Positions 61,842 to 64,000 of a DNA stretch of 64,000 bases are shown in pieces. The translations under genes and the position numbers were made by a program. Position 1 is the first letter of the stretch, and the number at the start of each line of letters is the position of its first letter. Below the pieces are notes generated by a model, which did not search any database, was not told the origin of the DNA, and saw only the letters and a list, made by a program, of their open reading frames with translations. Location: the NCBI GenBank assembly GCA_036499225.1, contig DASYEC010000122.1, positions 22,752-86,751 on the forward strand, in the 5' to 3' direction. This DNA comes from Conexibacter sp. (GTDB taxonomy: Bacteria; Actinomycetota; Thermoleophilia; Solirubrobacterales; Solirubrobacteraceae).

Positions 61842-61898
61842 CTAATTCGCTACGAGCTTTCCCATCCGCATACTTCTCCAATCGTGCGATGGGCCCTG

Positions 61899-61935
61899 CC
61901 TTCCCGTCGCCCGGCAAGGCCAGGCGACGGGAAGG
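61899..61935 (-). terminator. 13-bp perfect stem-loop downstream of the GH78 gene
   Basis: CCTTCCCGTCGCC-11 nt-GGCGACGGGAAGG, 28 nt after the GH78 stop on the minus strand. No U-tract. Confidence 0.4.
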
Positions 61936-61962
61936 ACCGTCCTGCGGGCCCGCACGCCGCGG

Positions 61963-64000
61963 TCAGCCGGCGAGCCGCCCGCTGAAGCGGTACGTGCCCG
62001 AGCCGACGCGATGGGTCGCGCCGCCTGGCACATGGACCGTCGCGGTCGAGCCGTCCGGGACCGTCACCTCGAGCGTCACGCGCTGCCCGGAGCGCTGCCA
62101 GGCGCTGCGCACGTCGCCGTTGGCGGTGTCGTAGCTTCCCTCGACGTGGGTGAGGTCGCCGACGACCGCCGGTGCGATGTCCAGCTCGCGGTAGCCCGCC
62201 GAGCCGGGCGCCTGACGGATGCCCGCCAGCCCAGAGGTGAACCACGAGTCGATCGCGCCGAGCATGAAGTGGTTCTGCGAGCCGGAGCCATCCCAGAACT
62301 CGGTCAGCGAGGTCGCGCCGCGTGCGAGCATCGCGCCGTAGCTGGGCTGCGTCGTCTGCGTCGCGATCTCGTAGACGACGTCGTCGCGGCCGGCGTTCGA
62401 GAGGACGCGGAACAGCGCCGGCAGGCCGATCTCGCCGAGGTTGAGGTGGTATCCGTTGTCCTTCAGGTTGGCGACGAGGTGGTCGAGCACCGCCTGGCGC
62501 TGGCTGTCGGGGACGATCCCCATGTCGAGCGCAAGCGCGTCGCTCGTCTGCGAGCCGTTCGCGTAGGTGTGGCCGACCGGGTCGAGATAGGTCGCGTTGA
62601 ACGCCGTGCCGATCGATCCGGCGAGCTGGGCGTAGTGCGCGGCGTCGTCCTGCTTGCCGAGCACCGCGGCGATCTGCCCGAGCGCCTGGGCGGCCTGGAA
62701 GTAGCCGTAGCTCGCGGTGACGCCCGCCGGCGTCGCGGCGTTGATCGTGCCCCAGTCGGCGAGCCCGTAGTCGAGCAGGCTCCCGGTCGCTCTCGTGCCG
62801 AGGTAGTCGACGTAGCGCTTCATGTTGTCGTAGTAGGCAGCGAGCAGGTCACGGTCGCCGTACGTCTCGTAGAGGTCCCACGGGACGAGCACGATCGCGT
62901 CGCCCCAGTTGGGGTCGTCGCGGAAGCCGCCGTCGAAGACCGTGTACTCCGGCGCGATGTCCGGCTCGAGCCCGTTGGGCAGCTGGGCGTCGGCCATCGC
63001 CTGCACGAGGTCACGGCCGTAGGCGGAGATGTCGTAGTTGCGCGCGACGCTGTCGAAGGCGAGGTGGTCCTGCTCCATCCAGCCGAGCTTCTCGCGCGTC
63101 GGGCAGTCAGTCAGGACCGAGTACATGTTGCTCTGCACCGCGCGGTCGATGATCCGGTGGATCCCGTCGAGCAGGTCGTTGGAGCTGTCGAACGAGCCGA
63201 CCGAGCGGTTGGCTGCGCGCAGCACGATCGCCGACAGCGTCGCTCTCGTCGGCGCGGACGGCAGGCCTTCGAGCTGGACGTAGCGGAAGCCGTGATAGAC
63301 GAAGTCGGGGTGCCACGCCTCGGCGCCCCCGCCCTTGAGCGTGTACACGTCGTAGATCGGCGAGCCGGTCGCGCCCTGGTCGATCGTGCCGTCGTCCTTC
63401 AGCAGCTCGGCGGGGCGCATCGTCACGTGCGTGCCGCGGGGGCCCGCGATGTGGAGCTGCTCCCAGCCGGCGACGTTCGTGCCGAAGTCGACGACATAGA
63501 CGCCCGGCTTGGGCTGGGTGACTCTCTGCGGCGTCAGCGTGTCGACCGGCTGCACGGACGGGCCCGAGCGGGTCGTCAGCGTCGCAGGGGTGCCGTTGTC
63601 GGCGGGCGGGCTCGCTCTGCTGGCCGCCTGCCAGCTTGAGAGGTCGGCGCTCGGCTGATCCCAGCTGGCTGGCTCGCGGGTCGCGTCGAAGTCCTCGCCG
63701 CCGTACCAGTTCGAGAAGGTCGTCGGGCCGAGCGTCGTGCGCCAGCTCTGGTCGGAGGCGATCGTCTGCGTCGAGCCGTCGGCGTACGTCACCTCGAGCT
63801 GCGCGAGCAACTTCGGCGGACCGACGCGGCCGCTGAACTTGACGTAGCGCTGGTTGTACGTCTGCGTGTCGTAGATGCCGGTGCCGAGGCGCACGCCGAT
63901 CGCGTTGGAGCCGTGGCGCAGCAGCCTGGCGACGTCGTCGTCGGCGTAGACGACGTGGTCGCCGTAGTCGGTGTTGCCGGGCTCGAGCACGCCGTCGCCG
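61963..64000 (-). CDS. GH78 alpha-L-rhamnosidase-family glycoside hydrolase (N-terminus outside window)
   Basis: LTDCPTREKLGWMEQDH (six-hairpin catalytic domain signature). The frame stays open to the window edge. Confidence 0.75.
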   Translation of the reverse strand, partial: GDGVLEPGNTDYGDHVVYADDDVARLLRHGSNAIGVRLGTGIYDTQTYNQRYVKFSGRVGPPKLLAQLEVTYADGSTQTIASDQSWRTTLGPTTFSNWYGGEDFDATREPASWDQPSADLSSWQAASRASPPADNGTPATLTTRSGPSVQPVDTLTPQRVTQPKPGVYVVDFGTNVAGWEQLHIAGPRGTHVTMRPAELLKDDGTIDQGATGSPIYDVYTLKGGGAEAWHPDFVYHGFRYVQLEGLPSAPTRATLSAIVLRAANRSVGSFDSSNDLLDGIHRIIDRAVQSNMYSVLTDCPTREKLGWMEQDHLAFDSVARNYDISAYGRDLVQAMADAQLPNGLEPDIAPEYTVFDGGFRDDPNWGDAIVLVPWDLYETYGDRDLLAAYYDNMKRYVDYLGTRATGSLLDYGLADWGTINAATPAGVTASYGYFQAAQALGQIAAVLGKQDDAAHYAQLAGSIGTAFNATYLDPVGHTYANGSQTSDALALDMGIVPDSQRQAVLDHLVANLKDNGYHLNLGEIGLPALFRVLSNAGRDDVVYEIATQTTQPSYGAMLARGATSLTEFWDGSGSQNHFMLGAIDSWFTSGLAGIRQAPGSAGYRELDIAPAVVGDLTHVEGSYDTANGDVRSAWQRSGQRVTLEVTVPDGSTATVHVPGGATHRVGSGTYRFSGRLAG

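Overview
Very GC-rich bacterial chromosome segment; third codon positions are almost always G/C. Gene content and order look like a deep-branching actinobacterial lineage (Thermoleophilia/Rubrobacteria-like). Actinobacterial mIHF co-occurs with Firmicute-type RNase Y plus RNase J and a cinA-recA-recX-rny-miaB block. This placement is inference from gene content, since no database search was possible.

Most of the window (1-49 kb) is conserved housekeeping:
- pyrC(partial)-carA-carB, then mihF-gmk-rpoZ-coaBC
- a MoxR/DUF58/transglutaminase module
- rimP-nusA-ylxR-infB-DUF503-rbfA-nrnA-truB-ribF-rpsO
- a peroxiredoxin/DsbA-like pair, then pnp, an M16 peptidase, dapB, dapA and rnj
- a two-component system, ftsK, a RodZ-like gene, cinA, thpR, recA, recX, rny and miaB
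- a HAD-like gene, an SplB-like radical SAM gene, mscS and a DEAD-box helicase

The last ~14 kb is the accessory-looking part. A tightly coupled minus-strand hopanoid operon, shc-hpnC-hpnD-hpnE-(hpnG::ispH fusion)-hpnH, meets tail to tail a plus-strand four-gene membrane-lipid module. That module encodes an HpnL-like flippase-like protein, an atypical LPLAT acyltransferase, a PAP2_3/IPC-synthase-like protein and an HpnA-like epimerase. A GH78 rhamnosidase (partial) follows.

The most interesting candidates:
- the uncharacterised lipid module attached to the hopanoid operon
- the HpnG-IspH fusion
- a 69-bp in-frame tandem repeat inside that module
- a plus-strand intrinsic terminator in the rimP-nusA leader
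- a Cys-motif C-terminal extension of NusA
- a 400-nt structured, lower-GC spacer upstream of rny
- a 64-bp tandem duplication of a hairpin module after the peroxiredoxin gene

I recognised no rRNA, tRNA, CRISPR array, transposase or integrase. All family assignments rest on motif recognition in the supplied translations; no HMM or BLAST was run. The many long R/A/G/P-rich ORFs antisense to real genes are treated as GC-driven shadow ORFs.
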